Part shown: positions 21,740 to 31,539 of the stretch, piece after piece
Position numbering within the stretch: the stretch's first letter is position 1
How the letters are laid out: the number at the start of each line of letters is the position of its first letter
Sequence record: SRR20825006_2499
DNA: 43,963 bases
Direction: 5' to 3' (one strand)
Position numbers and translations under genes: made by a program
The notes under the pieces: model-generated
The model's input: only the letters and a program-made list of their open reading frames with translations
Databases searched by the model: none
What the model was told of the DNA's origin: nothing

Positions 21740-23254
21740 TTACCAATTTGGATTTTGTTCAATCTCTGGATTGGTATTAATTTCTCCCTGTGGAATTGGG
21801 AAAAGCTCATGTTTTGGCAACACTAAAAACTCTTTCCCTACTTTATCACTATCATCCATTTCTTGCTGAATAAGTCCCCATCGTTTTAAATCGTAAAAAC
21901 GAAGTCCTTCTCTAAAAAACTCAACCATTCTTTGATGTCTAATTTCTTCCATCATGGCATTTTGACTTAAAGAGGTTAGAGCAGTTAAATTAGCTCTTTC
22001 ACGAATTCTATTAACAAGAGGAATAGCTTCACTAGAACGTCCTTGCTCGTTTAAAGCTTCAGCATACATTAAAATAATATCTGCAAAGCGAAGTGCTTTT
22101 TCATTAATTTCAGAGATCCAAATCCCCTCATTATCATCATACCAATTTTGATATTTTTTAATTTTAGCACTATAACCAAAAGGAGAAGAGAATTCAGAAA
22201 AAGGAAGATTATAAAAAGTAGACCCCGGATAATCCCAAGCTAAAGAAGCATACATTCTTGGGTCGAAGTCTCCATCTACTGTTTTTTCAACCTGAAATTC
22301 ATTAAAAATCTTTTCTGTAGGATGTGCTTCAAACCAGCCCCCAACTTCTGTTGGAGCAAACTCTTGAGCTGTAGTTACCCCTTGCGATTCATTTGCATTT
22401 TCTCCAGCCCATGGATCTATTCCTCCTACGTTTTGATTTTGGATTTCGAATAGAGATTCTATATTATTATCACTTCCTGGCATAAAATTATCTTGATAAT
22501 CTGCTAACAAGTCATAATTATATGGTGCTTTTGGCATTCCATCTGGAGTTGTAAGCAATGAGAATTGATTTACAGCCTCTTCCCACTTCTCTTGATATAA
22601 ATATGCTTTTCCTAAATATCCTATTGCAGCTCCTTTGGTAGCTCTTCCTACCCATTGTGAAGGATAACTTACAGGAAGATTAGTGCCAGCATCTTTAAAA
22701 TCGTTTTCAACTTGTGTCCAAACCTCACTTTCCGAAGATTGTTTTACAAAATAATCTTCTCTAGTTTGTGGTACCGAAGTAAAAATAGGCACTGCACCAA
22801 AATTTATCACCAAATTGAAATAGTTAAGTCCTCTTAAAAACTTAGCTTCTGCAATATATTTTTCTTTTTCAGTTTCAGAAATCTCTACAGTGCTGATATT
22901 ATCAATAATTTGATTTGCTCTAAAAATACCAGTATAACAACCTGTAAAAATAGCACTTGGAGTACCTGTGGATGGGTTGTTACTAAAGGTAGACAACTCA
23001 TATAATGCCTTTACATCGTTTCTAATAAAGAAATCGTCTCCTCTACCATTTGTAGTTTCTACCCCTCTTACGCCCCAATAACCATTATCTACGTGTTTAA
23101 ACATTTTATAGGTTGCTGCAAGTCCTGATAGCACGTCGTCTTCAGTTTTCCAAAAATTTTCTTGAGTAACTACATTTGGATTTATCTGTTCTAATTCATC
23201 ATCGCAACCCACCAGTGGCAACAGAATTAAAAGTATGTATATATATTTTTTCAT
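21740..23254 (-). CDS. susD: RagB/SusD family lipoprotein
   Basis: LVGCDDEL lipobox, EAKFLRGLNYFNL, RATKGAA, RFADIILMYAEA, RMVEFFREGLRFYDLKRWG, QNPNW. Confidence 0.93.
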   Translation of the reverse strand: MKKYIYILLILLPLVGCDDELEQINPNVVTQENFWKTEDDVLSGLAATYKMFKHVDNGYWGVRGVETTNGRGDDFFIRNDVKALYELSTFSNNPSTGTPSAIFTGCYTGIFRANQIIDNISTVEISETEKEKYIAEAKFLRGLNYFNLVINFGAVPIFTSVPQTREDYFVKQSSESEVWTQVENDFKDAGTNLPVSYPSQWVGRATKGAAIGYLGKAYLYQEKWEEAVNQFSLLTTPDGMPKAPYNYDLLADYQDNFMPGSDNNIESLFEIQNQNVGGIDPWAGENANESQGVTTAQEFAPTEVGGWFEAHPTEKIFNEFQVEKTVDGDFDPRMYASLAWDYPGSTFYNLPFSEFSSPFGYSAKIKKYQNWYDDNEGIWISEINEKALRFADIILMYAEALNEQGRSSEAIPLVNRIRERANLTALTSLSQNAMMEEIRHQRMVEFFREGLRFYDLKRWGLIQQEMDDSDKVGKEFLVLPKHELFPIPQGEINTNPEIEQNPNW

Positions 23255-23278
23255 CGTATTTATTTTTATCTATTCGTC

Positions 23279-26200
23279 TTAAAAAGAAAATTCAACTCCT
23301 GTTAGAAAAGTTCGAGAAAGTGGATATGCAACATGTCCAAAATCTACTCCCCTATCTAAAACAGATCCTGTTCTACCTAAATCTGGATTATATCCTTTAT
23401 AATCTGTAATGGTAAAAATATTGTCAAAACTTACATAGATTCTACATCTACTAACTTTTATCTGATTCATTAATTCTGAAGGCAATGTGTACCCAAATTG
23501 TAGCGTTTTGAATCTGAAATAAGAACCATCTTCTAAGAAACGATCTGAAGTTCTAGAGTTTAGGTTAGGATCGTTAATAACTGCACGTGGTATAGATGTA
23601 TTTTGATTAGTTGGTGTCCACGCATTTAATGTTGTTTTAGCGTAGTTGTATTCTAAATTCATCCCTTCAAGGTCTTGACGAACTCCATTGTAGATTTTAT
23701 TTCCTTGAGTACCTTGAAAAAACAAATTAAGGTCGAATCCTTTCCATGCAAAATTAGCTCCCAAACCGTAAGAAAATTCAGGATTTGGACTCCCTAGATA
23801 TTGTCTATCATCTTCATCTATTTGTCCATCATTATTGTAATCAATAAATCTGATGTCTCCAGGCTTTGCATTTGGCTGAATTAATTGCCCATTTTGTGTA
23901 TGTGCATTAACCTCTTCTTCAGAATTAAAAATTCCATCCGTTTTAATTAAATAAAAAGCTCCTACAGGAAGTCCTGCTTGTGTAACAGTAGCCGATGCGC
24001 CATGATGAGTTGGCTGACCTCCAAAAATTTGTTGAGAACCAGTTCCTAGAAAGTCTACTTCGTTATCTACTGAAGCAAAAGTTCCAGTTATTTGATATGA
24101 AAACTCATCGCCAGAATTACTGTAAGACAAAGAAGTTTCAAAACCTTTATTGGTAATCTGCCCTGCATTTATATACGGACTATTAGCACTTGCTCCTGTT
24201 GAAAGCGGAATTGGAACTTGCAATAATACATCCGAGTTCTCTTTTACAAAATAGTCGAATATAAAATCTAGTTTTCTATTAAAGAAGCTTAAATCGGTAC
24301 CTATATTGTAAGATTTAGAAGTTTCCCATTTTATATCGGGAGTAGCAAACGCCGTTTGAATAGCTCCAGGCCATAAGGCTTGATTTTGTCCTGCTACATA
24401 ATTGGTATTAAGATTTATTGCAGGACTAAATCGGTAATCATCAAATTCTTGGTTTCCTAAAACCCCATAACTCATTCTCAGTTTAGCAACATTTACTGTT
24501 TCTTGAATCTTACTAAAAAATGGTTCTCTTGAAAGGTTCCAAGCAAAAGCAATAGAAGGAAAATTTCCAAATTTATTATCTCCCCCAAATCTAGAAGAAC
24601 CATCTCTTCTAATAATTCCAGTTAAAATATAACGTTCATCAAAAGAATAAGTTAACCTTCCTAAATACGAAACTAATACGTTTTCCCAAGCATTACTTCC
24701 AGCAGCAGCATTTACAGTACCTGCATCTAAAACCATAACTCCAGGAGGCATTCCACTTTTGGAACCTGTTAAACCTCTGTATTTAGTATCTTGGTAGGTA
24801 TATCCAACTAAGGCATCTATTTTATGCTTCCCAAACTCTCTTTTATAATTAAGTGTGTTTTCTGCCAATACATAATCGTTTTCATATCTTGTTTCTGTCA
24901 AATCTGAATCCAAATTAGTAAATAAGGCACCCACTTCATATGGATACGTATATTGGTAATTATATCCTTCTGTACTAGTGTATCCTAAATTCAGTTTATA
25001 TTTCAAACCTTCTATAATATCAACTTCTGCAAAAGCGTTGATAATAGCTTTTTTAACTCGGTCTTCTGGAACTCTTAAGTTTAATTGCGCTACTGGGTTT
25101 GCTATATCTACAACTGGACCGTATGCCCCTCCATAACCTCCAACAGCATCTGGGTTATATACATCAAAAACAGGAATCATTTTAGGAGCAGATCCTACTG
25201 CATTTCCTCCTTGTCCACCTAAACCTTCGGCTCTTCTCCAATATTCTTTAGATAATATAACAGATTCTCCAATTTTAAATCTCCCTTTTGTTAAAGTAGA
25301 TTTTAAACGAAGATTATACCTATTGTATCCTGTATTCTTAACAATTCCGTCCTGATCTATATATCCTCCAGAAACGCTATAATTATAATTTTCTCCTCCT
25401 CCACTGGCAGATAAATTATAATTTTTAATTGGTGCTGTTCTATAAATTTCATCTTGCCAATCTGTTCCTTCTCCTAAAGATTCAGGATTATTAGCAATAT
25501 CTAGCCTTGCAAGTCCCGCATTGTCATGAGCGGCATTACTTACATTAGCCCATTCAGAAGCATTTAATACATCTGCTTTATTTATTATATTTTGAAATCC
25601 ATAATACGTACTAAAGTCAATAACATTTTCTCCACTTCTACCTGTTTTAGTAGTAATTATAACAACACCATTTGCTGCTCTTGAACCATAGATAGCAGCA
25701 GCAGAAGCATCTTTTAAAATATCCATAGATGAAATATCCGTTGGATTTAAGTTATTGATATTATCTACTTGTACTCCATCTACAATATAAAGTGGATTAT
25801 TATTTCCTAAAGACCCTGTACCTCTAATTAAAATTCTAACTCCAGAACCAGGATTTCCCCCAGACGATTCTACTTGCACTCCAGGCACACGTCCTTGCAA
25901 AGCTTTTTCCACAGTACTAGACCCCTGAGTTACAATATCTTCAGCTTTAACAGAAGACATTGCCCCTGTTACTTCTTCTCTAGTTTGCGTTCCATAACCT
26001 ATTACGACCACCTCATCTAAAGCAGCAGCACTTTCTTCTATGGTAACCGTTACATTTGTTTGACCATTTAATGGAACTTCTTTAGAAGTAAATCCGATGT
26101 AAGAAACTACTAAAATAGCGTCTCCACTTGAGGTGGTTAAAGTAAAATTACCATCAAAATCTGTTTGTGATCCATTAGAAGTTCCTTTCTCTAAAATATT

Positions 26201-26665
26201 TGCTCCCGGTAATGGAGTTCCATTATTATCTAGAATCTGACCAGAAACCTCAAACTCTTGCATTGTATTAGCTCCTATTTCTATGGAAGTACTATCTTTT
26301 GGAGCCGTTTCTTTTAATAAAATTTTTCGGTCTACTACTTCGAAATCTATATTCTGACCAATAAAAATTTGCTCTAAGGCTTTATCTATGGAAACTTTTT
26401 TAAGTTTTAAAGATACTTTACGATTTAAATCGACTGCTTCAGAATTAAAAATAAATTTAAATTCTGTAGTAGTTTCAATTTCATTAATAGCGGTTCCAAC
26501 AGTACCATTCTCAAGGTCTATAGTTATTTTAGTTTTCTGAGAATATGAAGTGTTAGCTTGCAAAGTAAAAATCATTGCAAAAAGAAACAAAATGGATAGC
26601 TTCATTTTTAAATCAAGGTTGTAAGTCCGAGAGTTTAAAACCCTCAGCTTTAATAGTTTTTTCAT
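23279..26665 (-). CDS. susC: SusC/RagA TonB-dependent transducer with N-terminal STN signalling domain
   Basis: STN extension, LDEVVVIGYG, plug KDASAAAIYGSRAANGVVIITTK, C-terminal Phe. Confidence 0.95.
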   Translation of the reverse strand: MKKLLKLRVLNSRTYNLDLKMKLSILFLFAMIFTLQANTSYSQKTKITIDLENGTVGTAINEIETTTEFKFIFNSEAVDLNRKVSLKLKKVSIDKALEQIFIGQNIDFEVVDRKILLKETAPKDSTSIEIGANTMQEFEVSGQILDNNGTPLPGANILEKGTSNGSQTDFDGNFTLTTSSGDAILVVSYIGFTSKEVPLNGQTNVTVTIEESAAALDEVVVIGYGTQTREEVTGAMSSVKAEDIVTQGSSTVEKALQGRVPGVQVESSGGNPGSGVRILIRGTGSLGNNNPLYIVDGVQVDNINNLNPTDISSMDILKDASAAAIYGSRAANGVVIITTKTGRSGENVIDFSTYYGFQNIINKADVLNASEWANVSNAAHDNAGLARLDIANNPESLGEGTDWQDEIYRTAPIKNYNLSASGGGENYNYSVSGGYIDQDGIVKNTGYNRYNLRLKSTLTKGRFKIGESVILSKEYWRRAEGLGGQGGNAVGSAPKMIPVFDVYNPDAVGGYGGAYGPVVDIANPVAQLNLRVPEDRVKKAIINAFAEVDIIEGLKYKLNLGYTSTEGYNYQYTYPYEVGALFTNLDSDLTETRYENDYVLAENTLNYKREFGKHKIDALVGYTYQDTKYRGLTGSKSGMPPGVMVLDAGTVNAAAGSNAWENVLVSYLGRLTYSFDERYILTGIIRRDGSSRFGGDNKFGNFPSIAFAWNLSREPFFSKIQETVNVAKLRMSYGVLGNQEFDDYRFSPAINLNTNYVAGQNQALWPGAIQTAFATPDIKWETSKSYNIGTDLSFFNRKLDFIFDYFVKENSDVLLQVPIPLSTGASANSPYINAGQITNKGFETSLSYSNSGDEFSYQITGTFASVDNEVDFLGTGSQQIFGGQPTHHGASATVTQAGLPVGAFYLIKTDGIFNSEEEVNAHTQNGQLIQPNAKPGDIRFIDYNNDGQIDEDDRQYLGSPNPEFSYGLGANFAWKGFDLNLFFQGTQGNKIYNGVRQDLEGMNLEYNYAKTTLNAWTPTNQNTSIPRAVINDPNLNSRTSDRFLEDGSYFRFKTLQFGYTLPSELMNQIKVSRCRIYVSFDNIFTITDYKGYNPDLGRTGSVLDRGVDFGHVAYPLSRTFLTGVEFSF

Positions 26666-26752
26666 AATTTTGAATTGTTAGCGTTGATTAATAATTTTTT
26701 AGTCACTTAACCAAATCGGGGGATGTGACCGCATTCCCTGATTTATTATTTG
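26665..26752 (+). ncRNA. Candidate cis-antisense sRNA to the susC leader (promoter box plus terminator)
   Basis: TAATTTTG -7 box at 26665..26672. A 14-bp hairpin at 26713..26744 has three non-canonical pairs, all G-U on this strand, and is followed by a U-rich tail. Confidence 0.55.
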
Positions 26753-26812
26753 TAAAATGACTAACTCTTAGAAAATGGTTGAACTAGTTTTTCTTCATAA
26801 AGACATTTTTAA

Positions 26813-27973
26813 TTAATTGATTACTATTTTATTTTCTATAACTCGATATTCTATATCATATACTTTACTGAAATAATTAAACACCTGTTCAATACTTTCA
26901 TACTTCGTTTCTATTGTGGCATTAAAATGTTCTTCATTTAAAGCATCATTATTATTAATAATTACCACATTGTAATTTCGTTCTAAGGCTTTAATAATAT
27001 TTTTAAAAGGTTCATTTTTAAAAACCATATCCCCTTTAATCCAAGAGGTATATATTGAGGTATCTACCTTGTCTTTTTTAATTACTTTCTTCCGTCTATC
27101 TAAAGAACCTCTTTCTCCAGGCACTAACTTTATTTCTTCTTTTTTAGATGAATTATTATCAGCTAAACTCACAGAACCATTCACCAAAACAACAGCTGAA
27201 GTTAGATCTTCAGTATAACTTTTAAGATTAAACTCCGTTCCATATACCTTTACTTCCATTCCATTAGCTTCTACAAAAAATGGCTTATGCTCATTATGGG
27301 CAACCGTAAAAAAGGCCTCTCCTGTAAGATATACTCTCCGTTCTTTTTTATTTGAAAACTTAACAGGAAACTTCAAAACACTTCCAGAATTCATTACAAC
27401 CTGAGTTCCATCTGCTAGAATTAAATTGTATTTTTTTCCATAAGGAATAGTTAGCTTATTGTACACTAGAGGGGAGGAGTCTTCTTTATTGTCTTGGTAA
27501 GAAAGCTTATTCCCGTCATTATTAGCAAGGGGTTGACCGTCTGGATTTTTAATTACTTCTTTGGCACCATTTTTTATGCTTTTCAACTCTCCGTTAGCCA
27601 ACTGTAAGGTTATTTGCTCTTCTCTAGATGATATTGATTCTTTAATACTCTCTGGGAAAAATTGATTTTTTGCAAGAAAACTAGCTCCGACAATAAAAAT
27701 AACAACAGCTGCATATTTAACTACAGAAGTAATTTTTTGCAGTTGCTGTTTTCTCTTCTCTTTTTTTATATCCTTTAAAAAATCTTGCTTTACCTTTTTT
27801 AAATCTGGTTGATTCATTGCGATAGCTATTGCGAAATGCGTTTCAATATAAGTTTTAAATACTTTTGCATTATTATCATTCTCAATCCATTCATGAAGCA
27901 CTTCTAACTCATTCAATGTTGCAGCATTAGTTAAAAATTTTACAATAATGTCTTCTATTTTTGAAGGAATCAT
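26813..27973 (-). CDS. FecR-family anti-sigma factor
   Basis: TM segment KYAAVVIFIVG, LADGTQVVMNSGS, VYLTGEAFF, VKVYGTEFN, SWIKG; upstream of the STN-SusC. Confidence 0.92.
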   Translation of the reverse strand: MIPSKIEDIIVKFLTNAATLNELEVLHEWIENDNNAKVFKTYIETHFAIAIAMNQPDLKKVKQDFLKDIKKEKRKQQLQKITSVVKYAAVVIFIVGASFLAKNQFFPESIKESISSREEQITLQLANGELKSIKNGAKEVIKNPDGQPLANNDGNKLSYQDNKEDSSPLVYNKLTIPYGKKYNLILADGTQVVMNSGSVLKFPVKFSNKKERRVYLTGEAFFTVAHNEHKPFFVEANGMEVKVYGTEFNLKSYTEDLTSAVVLVNGSVSLADNNSSKKEEIKLVPGERGSLDRRKKVIKKDKVDTSIYTSWIKGDMVFKNEPFKNIIKALERNYNVVIINNNDALNEEHFNATIETKYESIEQVFNYFSKVYDIEYRVIENKIVIN

Positions 27974-27988
27974 TTTGAGTATTTAATA

Positions 27989-28018
27989 GTATTACAAATC
28001 AAAATTATAATACCCTTA
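27989..28018 (-). promoter_or_regulatory. Promoter region of fecR-susC-susD
   Basis: Minus strand reads TAAGGGTATTATAATTTTGATTTGTAATAC. It contains a TAATTTTG -7 box (28000..28007) and an AAGGG...TGTA pattern that may be an ECF promoter (inferred). Confidence 0.45.
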
Positions 28019-28034
28019 TTTTTTTTAGCTTTTT

Positions 28035-28067
28035 TTTGTCAAATTCACTTTTATTAACATAAATTTG
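28035..28067 (+). promoter_or_regulatory. Complete sigma-A promoter for the ECF sigma gene
   Basis: TTTG-N21-TAAATTTG (-33 and -7 elements). Confidence 0.65.
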
Positions 28068-28096
28068 AGGTTTAACAACCTGCCAACCCACAATTT

Positions 28097-28669
28097 ATGA
28101 TTTACAATAATTATGAAATTTTTATAAATAGCTTAAAAAAAGGAGATGAAAAAGCCTATGAATATTTAGTAGATAAATACTATCGAAAAATATATGCATA
28201 CGCTGTAAGCTTAATAAACGACAAGGTTATTGCAGAAGATATTGTTCAAAATGTATTATTAAAGACATGGCAGTATCGAAAGAAATTAAATAAGAATTTT
28301 TCTATTCAGAGTTTTCTCTATAAATCTGTTTACAACGAATTTGTTAATACCTATCAAAAAAGTAAAGCCACCACCTATTTGCATTATAAATATTTAGAAA
28401 GCCTAGAAGAAATTACTACAAGTATAGATGATTCTAAAATTGAAAATTTCTTTAGAATAGTTACAGAAGAAATTGAAAAATTACCGCCTAAATGCAAAGA
28501 TGTTTTTATGTTAAGTAAAATTGAAGGTCTTACCAATATTGAAATTTCCGAACATTTAGATTTATCTATTAAAACTGTAGAAGCGCAAATAACAAAGGCA
28601 TATAGTAAGTTAAGAAATAGATTGGGAGAACAATACAAAGTATTATTTTTATTTACATTGGTAAACTAA
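28097..28669 (+). CDS. ECF sigma-70 factor (Bacteroidetes PUL type)
   Basis: AEDIVQNVLLKTW region 2; LPPKCKDVF...EISEHLDLSIKTVEAQITKA region 4; divergent from fecR. Confidence 0.93.
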   Translation: MIYNNYEIFINSLKKGDEKAYEYLVDKYYRKIYAYAVSLINDKVIAEDIVQNVLLKTWQYRKKLNKNFSIQSFLYKSVYNEFVNTYQKSKATTYLHYKYLESLEEITTSIDDSKIENFFRIVTEEIEKLPPKCKDVFMLSKIEGLTNIEISEHLDLSIKTVEAQITKAYSKLRNRLGEQYKVLFLFTLVN

Positions 28670-28670
28670 A

Positions 28671-28710
28671 AAAGATCCTCCTTTTAGAAAAAAGAGGACC
28701 TTTATTTTTT
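28671..28710. terminator. Imperfect intrinsic terminator between convergent genes
   Basis: AAAGATCCTC...GAGGACCTTT followed by ATTTTTT. Confidence 0.55.
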
Positions 28711-28722
28711 AAGTTGGTTAGT

Positions 28723-29244
28723 TTATTTTCCGCCTTTCAACTCGTCTTGCCAAGCATGTAACTCTACCCACTTCCCTTCGTAAGCTAATTGTGCTTGTCT
28801 TGGCCAAGTCCCAGGTTTGTGTATTTCGTATGCCTTTCCACCAGATTTTAAAACTTCTTCACATTTTTCTACACTACACTCAGAAAGTCCTTTCCAAGTG
28901 GTAATGCCTTTAGCGTGAAATAATAGTTCAATTTTAGGCCCTATTCCTTCCACAATTTTAAGGTCGTCTTGTTTTATTTTTTTTCCATAAGTAGCCTTAG
29001 CTAATGCAGCATCAAACGGAATTAAATTTAAAGTTGTGTTTTCAGTTTTTGAACTTACAGAAGGACTAGGTTTGGCTGCCAATTTAGACCTACAATCGGT
29101 AAGGTCGGCTTCCAATTTGTCGTATTTTTTTTGCCAAGCTTCAATCTCGGCAGTATTATTTCTAGAAGATAACCTCCCTAGTAAATAACCTAAAATTGCG
29201 CATATAACGCCTACTATTAATGGAATAAGTAAACACCAGTTCAT
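28723..29244 (-). CDS. Membrane-anchored protein with coiled coil and C-terminal HhH-like (DUF4332-like) domain
   Basis: N-terminal TM segment, short coiled coil, DDLKIVEGIGPKIE helix-hairpin-helix, WPRQAQLA. Confidence 0.65.
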   Translation of the reverse strand: MNWCLLIPLIVGVICAILGYLLGRLSSRNNTAEIEAWQKKYDKLEADLTDCRSKLAAKPSPSVSSKTENTTLNLIPFDAALAKATYGKKIKQDDLKIVEGIGPKIELLFHAKGITTWKGLSECSVEKCEEVLKSGGKAYEIHKPGTWPRQAQLAYEGKWVELHAWQDELKGGK

Positions 29245-29263
29245 ATATATAAATTTTGGATGA

Positions 29264-30160
29264 TTAGTTCTTAATTGTAATTACAGTTCTTCTATTTTTT
29301 GCTCGCCCTTCGTTCGTGTTATTATCTGCTATAGGCTCCGTTTCTCCCCTTGAAATGGTTTCAATATTTTCAGAAGAAATACCATTTCTTACCAAATAGG
29401 TTTTTATAAATTCTGCTCTTTCTTTTCCTAAAACCTTATTATTCTCTGCGTTTCCTGTGGTATCGGTATGACCAATAATTTGGACTGAAACATCATCAAC
29501 CTTATCCATAGCCTGAACAATACTTAAATACTTAGCCCGTTGCTCCTCTGTTAAGGTAATAGTACTTCTGCCAGTCTCAAAGTATAATACAATTGGATTC
29601 TTTTTAATATTTTCTACAACCGCTTCGGCATCTTTAAAATTAGAATCGTTTGTTATAACAAAAGAAACAGGCCCTACATAGATACTATCTTGAACTTTTA
29701 GATTTGGTTTTAATTCTCCATAAGTATTAATTTTTTTAGAAGAAACCCCTTTTGCTATCAAATGGTTTTTAACTGCATTTGCTCTGGCTAATCCTAAGTT
29801 TGGAAAAGCAGAATTATTTTCTTCAGCAATTGAATAAAAGCCTGTTACATCAATAAATTTTGCACCATCTCCATTAAGATAATCTTTCAATTGAGCAATT
29901 CCTTCTTCTACCCCAGCACCAAGAGGCCTAAGAATAATAAAATCAGATTTATTAAAATTGAAATTATCATTCGTTTTATAATTAAAATTTCCTGTGCTGT
30001 CTATTATTACAAGTGGGTTAACAACCATTGAAGTTTCTTTTGGAGCTATAGTCTCTATATTTTCTATTGGGGTTGCTTCTACCTCACAACATAAAATCCA
30101 ATTAAAAAAAGAGCCAACTATAATGGTAATAATTATACCAACTAAGTAGAGAGATTTCAT
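29264..30160 (-). CDS. OmpA-family protein with tandem OmpA_C-like domains
   Basis: N-terminal anchor; degenerate first domain (VTGFYS...LGLARANAVK); canonical second domain (GHTDTTG...LGKERA...NRRT). Confidence 0.85.
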   Translation of the reverse strand: MKSLYLVGIIITIIVGSFFNWILCCEVEATPIENIETIAPKETSMVVNPLVIIDSTGNFNYKTNDNFNFNKSDFIILRPLGAGVEEGIAQLKDYLNGDGAKFIDVTGFYSIAEENNSAFPNLGLARANAVKNHLIAKGVSSKKINTYGELKPNLKVQDSIYVGPVSFVITNDSNFKDAEAVVENIKKNPIVLYFETGRSTITLTEEQRAKYLSIVQAMDKVDDVSVQIIGHTDTTGNAENNKVLGKERAEFIKTYLVRNGISSENIETISRGETEPIADNNTNEGRAKNRRTVITIKN

Positions 30161-30193
30161 AGGATATCACTTTGGTTTATAAATTCTTACACT

Positions 30194-30201
30194 CAAATTT
30201 A
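30194..30201 (-). promoter_or_regulatory. sigma-A -7 element for the OmpA operon
   Basis: TAAATTTG on the minus strand, 33 nt upstream of the ATG. Confidence 0.55.
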
Positions 30202-30549
30202 GTCAATTTCTTAAATTGTAGGGCTAAATATGTAAAAAACTTTGAGTCAAATAGTTATGAAAATGTAAAATTCTTCATTCTAACTTTTAAATTTTGTATC
30301 TTTAATAGAAAGCGTTGGGATTAAAATCTTTTTGTATTAAACTGAAAAAACATTTAGACATAAACTCATCAGCAAATAAAGAGCACGTTTTGGAGCGTTA
30401 AAATCTCAATTAATAAGTAAAATAAGAGGTTTTAAAACCAAAAAAATACTGCATAACCTCCTTTTAAAAAGAGAATTGCAGAAAAAGCTTAAAGTATTCG
30501 TATATAATTTTTAGAAATACGATATTTACCAACATAAAATCAGAACAGC

Positions 30550-31539
30550 ATGTCACTACATAATATTAGACTTGAAGTAATGCAAACTATAGAAAAGAGA
30601 GTTGATTCTTTTCTAGAGCAATATCTTATTCCTGCTGACCAAATATGGCAACCTACAGATTTCTTACCAGATTCTCAAGGTGAAAACTTTTTTGAAGAAG
30701 TGAAAAAAATAAGAGGAGAGGCACAAGAATTAGGATACGATTTTTGGGTAGTATTGGTTGGAGATACAATTACAGAAGAAGCTTTACCTACCTACGAATC
30801 TTGGTTGATGGATGTAGAAGGCGTAGACCAACATGCAAGAAATGGTTGGTCAAAATGGGTTCGTCATTGGACTGCAGAAGAGAACAGACATGGAGATGTT
30901 TTAAATAAATATTTATACCTCTCTGGCCGTGTGAACATGAAAGAAATTGAAGTTACTACACAACATATGATTGCTGATGGTTTTGATATAGGTACCGGAA
31001 GAGACCCATATAAAAACTTTGTTTATACTTCTTTCCAAGAATTGGCTACCAATATTTCTCATAAAAGAGTTGGACAATTAGCTAAGAAGAAAGGAAACCC
31101 TATGTTGGCAAAAATGTGTAACATAATTGCTGGAGATGAGATGAGACACCATTTGGCATACCGTGAGTTTGTAAAAATTATTTTTGATTACGACCCTAGT
31201 GAAATGATGATTGCCTTTGCTGATATGATGAAGCGGAAAATTGTAATGCCAGCACAATTTGTTAGGGAATCTGGAGACCATATTGGAAGTGCTTTTGAAA
31301 ACTTCTCTAATGCGGCACAACGCCTAGGTGTTTACACAACTTTTGATTATATCAATATTTTAGATCGATTAAACCAATATTGGGAAATCGATAAAATTAG
31401 AGAGTTAAATGATAAAGGTGAAAAAGCTAGAGATTACCTAGTAAGATTACCTGAAAGATTAAAACGTATTTCAGAAAGAATGTCTACTCCCCAAGATCCA
31501 CATATTTTTAAATGGGTGGAAGCTAATGGAGTTTTATAA
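30550..31539 (+). CDS. Acyl-ACP desaturase (soluble di-iron family)
   Basis: WQPTDFLP, TEEALPTY, WTAEENRHG, TSFQE, IAGDEMRH (two E/D-x-x-H iron motifs). Confidence 0.92.
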   Translation: MSLHNIRLEVMQTIEKRVDSFLEQYLIPADQIWQPTDFLPDSQGENFFEEVKKIRGEAQELGYDFWVVLVGDTITEEALPTYESWLMDVEGVDQHARNGWSKWVRHWTAEENRHGDVLNKYLYLSGRVNMKEIEVTTQHMIADGFDIGTGRDPYKNFVYTSFQELATNISHKRVGQLAKKKGNPMLAKMCNIIAGDEMRHHLAYREFVKIIFDYDPSEMMIAFADMMKRKIVMPAQFVRESGDHIGSAFENFSNAAQRLGVYTTFDYINILDRLNQYWEIDKIRELNDKGEKARDYLVRLPERLKRISERMSTPQDPHIFKWVEANGVL

